64,000 bases of DNA from Leucoraja ocellata (taxonomy: Eukaryota): assembly GCA_036785375.1 (NCBI GenBank), contig JAWMAR010000085.1, positions 4,030,001-4,094,000 of the forward strand. Reading direction: 5' to 3'. Within the stretch, counting starts at the first letter, position 1. Each line of letters opens with the position of its first letter. Below, in pieces: positions 62,550-64,000 of this stretch. The position numbers and the translations under genes were made by a program. The notes under the pieces are model-generated. The model was not told the DNA's origin. It did not search any database and worked only from the letters and a program-made list of their open reading frames with translations.

Positions 62550-64000
62550 TTGCTTTACATGTCTGACCGCAACGCTTTGCGGGGAAATTATACCCGTTTC
62601 AATTATACGTGTATTTTAAATGTTAAAAAAGATACAATGCGAGATGTTTAAAAGCTGATCTTAAATCTTCTCTGCGCGGCCGCAAAGCACAAAACATTCA
62701 AACCTAGGGCGGGCGTGATGATGGTATATGTAAGAATGTGCCCGAACTGGCTTCAAAAATCCATTGCATCCAATGCTTTAGGATTACGTAACCAAGGGCC
62801 TCACTTCTTTATCCAAGAATATTCCAATTATTTCAAATTAGTGTAACAAATCTGCTCGCGGACGACCCATAAACCACGCACCCGTTTTACCCGTCTTCTG
62901 GTGCCCGTGACACCTGTGCAATTAAAATAGAAAATGTTCATTCGCCACACGTGATTCACACGTCCTCCTTTGGAAACTCGTTTTAATCTTCCACTTTTCA
63001 TCACACATCTGTTTAAAATGTGTCGTTAGGCAACAAGAAAATCCACAGTTGTCACAGTGGTCTGTTTTACGTTTCAGCTATTTTTTTCAGGAAAGGATTC
63101 CAATTGGTGTTCAAACAGCAGATAAATAATTTATTCCATGCACGTTTTGAGTGCTTTTTGTAAATAATTTGAATTGCATTTTAGCAATAAAAAGGAGCTG
63201 TGCGGTTATCAAGTTTTATATAGACTCAATTTTCTAATGTGTTTAAATGCAATGCATTGCCAAACTAGTAACCATCGCGCGCATGGGCATTCTGGGCGGT
63301 GCATTCAAATAGTTGCAACTTAAAAACAGATATTTATATTTGCGATTGGTAATGCGATTGTCTCGAGCATCTCAGAAATTAACGATACCATTAGCGAAGT
63401 TCGACGTCTGGACTTAATTCCATCCATCCCATAAAGTTAAGCCACTACTCACTCACTCACACACACACACACAGGTGCATACGTCCAGTATATATGCCAA
63501 CGGTTAACAGGGTACGTTTTAAAAAACGATAACGGTATAATGCGGTTCCTAAAATGTGCTATCTCAGTCAATCACCGCTAGAACACAACTCGATATTCAC
63601 AGCAGAGGCACAGGCTGCCAGAATCCTCCAAAGAGCTCAGCGATCCGTGCCTTCTCGTCCCTTTTTTCATAAAGGTTTTTTTTTAAACGGCTCGCGATCT
63701 CAGGTTTCAGGGCTGGTCTCCCAGGGGAGGCAGGAGCGGAGTGCGCTTCAATCAAACCCTGACTTCTCCTCTGGGAGCCGAGCCTGAAATCTGATCTCGC
63801 CCACTTACTGCCTGCCTCATTCCACGCGTTTTCTTTGGGCGTAATAACCTTTTAGTTTATTGTAAACACAGTCGGGAGCGACGCTCGATCTTTTAACAGG
63901 ATGCGTGGATGGCGAAATTGGCGTCTAGAGCATTTACTGCGCTTTCTGGCCGCTATGAAGTGGTAACATCCAAGGCCAACGCAAGTAAGCATATAACCAT
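62550..64000. promoter_or_regulatory. CpG-enriched segment running off the window end
   Basis: Raised CpG (gcgcggccgc, cgcgcgcatg, ggctcgcgatc), no interspersed repeats, short (CACT)/(CA) tract at 63446-63473. Confidence 0.4.

Noticed and set aside
1-64000. CRISPR array or other prokaryotic system
   Set aside because: The DNA is eukaryotic with spliced exons, and its repeats are dispersed rather than regularly spaced.

Overview
Vertebrate genomic DNA. The repeat content (V-SINEs, CR1-type LINEs, Penelope-like elements) points to a cartilaginous fish such as a skate or ray; that is an inference. The window holds the 5' part of BCOR (BCL6 corepressor) on the minus strand. Eight coding exons can be read with GT-AG boundaries and consistent phases: 33480-33395, 29395-29302, 26192-23370, 21926-21870, 21446-21266, 14821-14465, 13018-12656 and 1276-939, giving 4299 nt or 1433 codons. 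The ankyrin and PUFD exons lie left of position 1. Upstream (34-64 kb) is non-coding sequence with three CpG-rich segments that are candidate alternative promoters. Introns carry CR1, Rex/Babar, V-SINE, hAT and Harbinger-type MITEs and Penelope-like remnants. Most notable: (i) many short Penelope-derived repeats with a minimal hammerhead-ribozyme core, including a TSD-flanked palindromic copy with a core on each strand; (ii) a Rex/Babar insertion that carries an ~85-bp copy of nearby intron sequence inside its TSD; (iii) a 3.2-kb hAT element with internal cargo; (iv) a conserved 34-codon AF9-binding alternative segment alongside a strongly diverged BCL6-binding motif. Comparisons with human BCOR are from memory and were not aligned.
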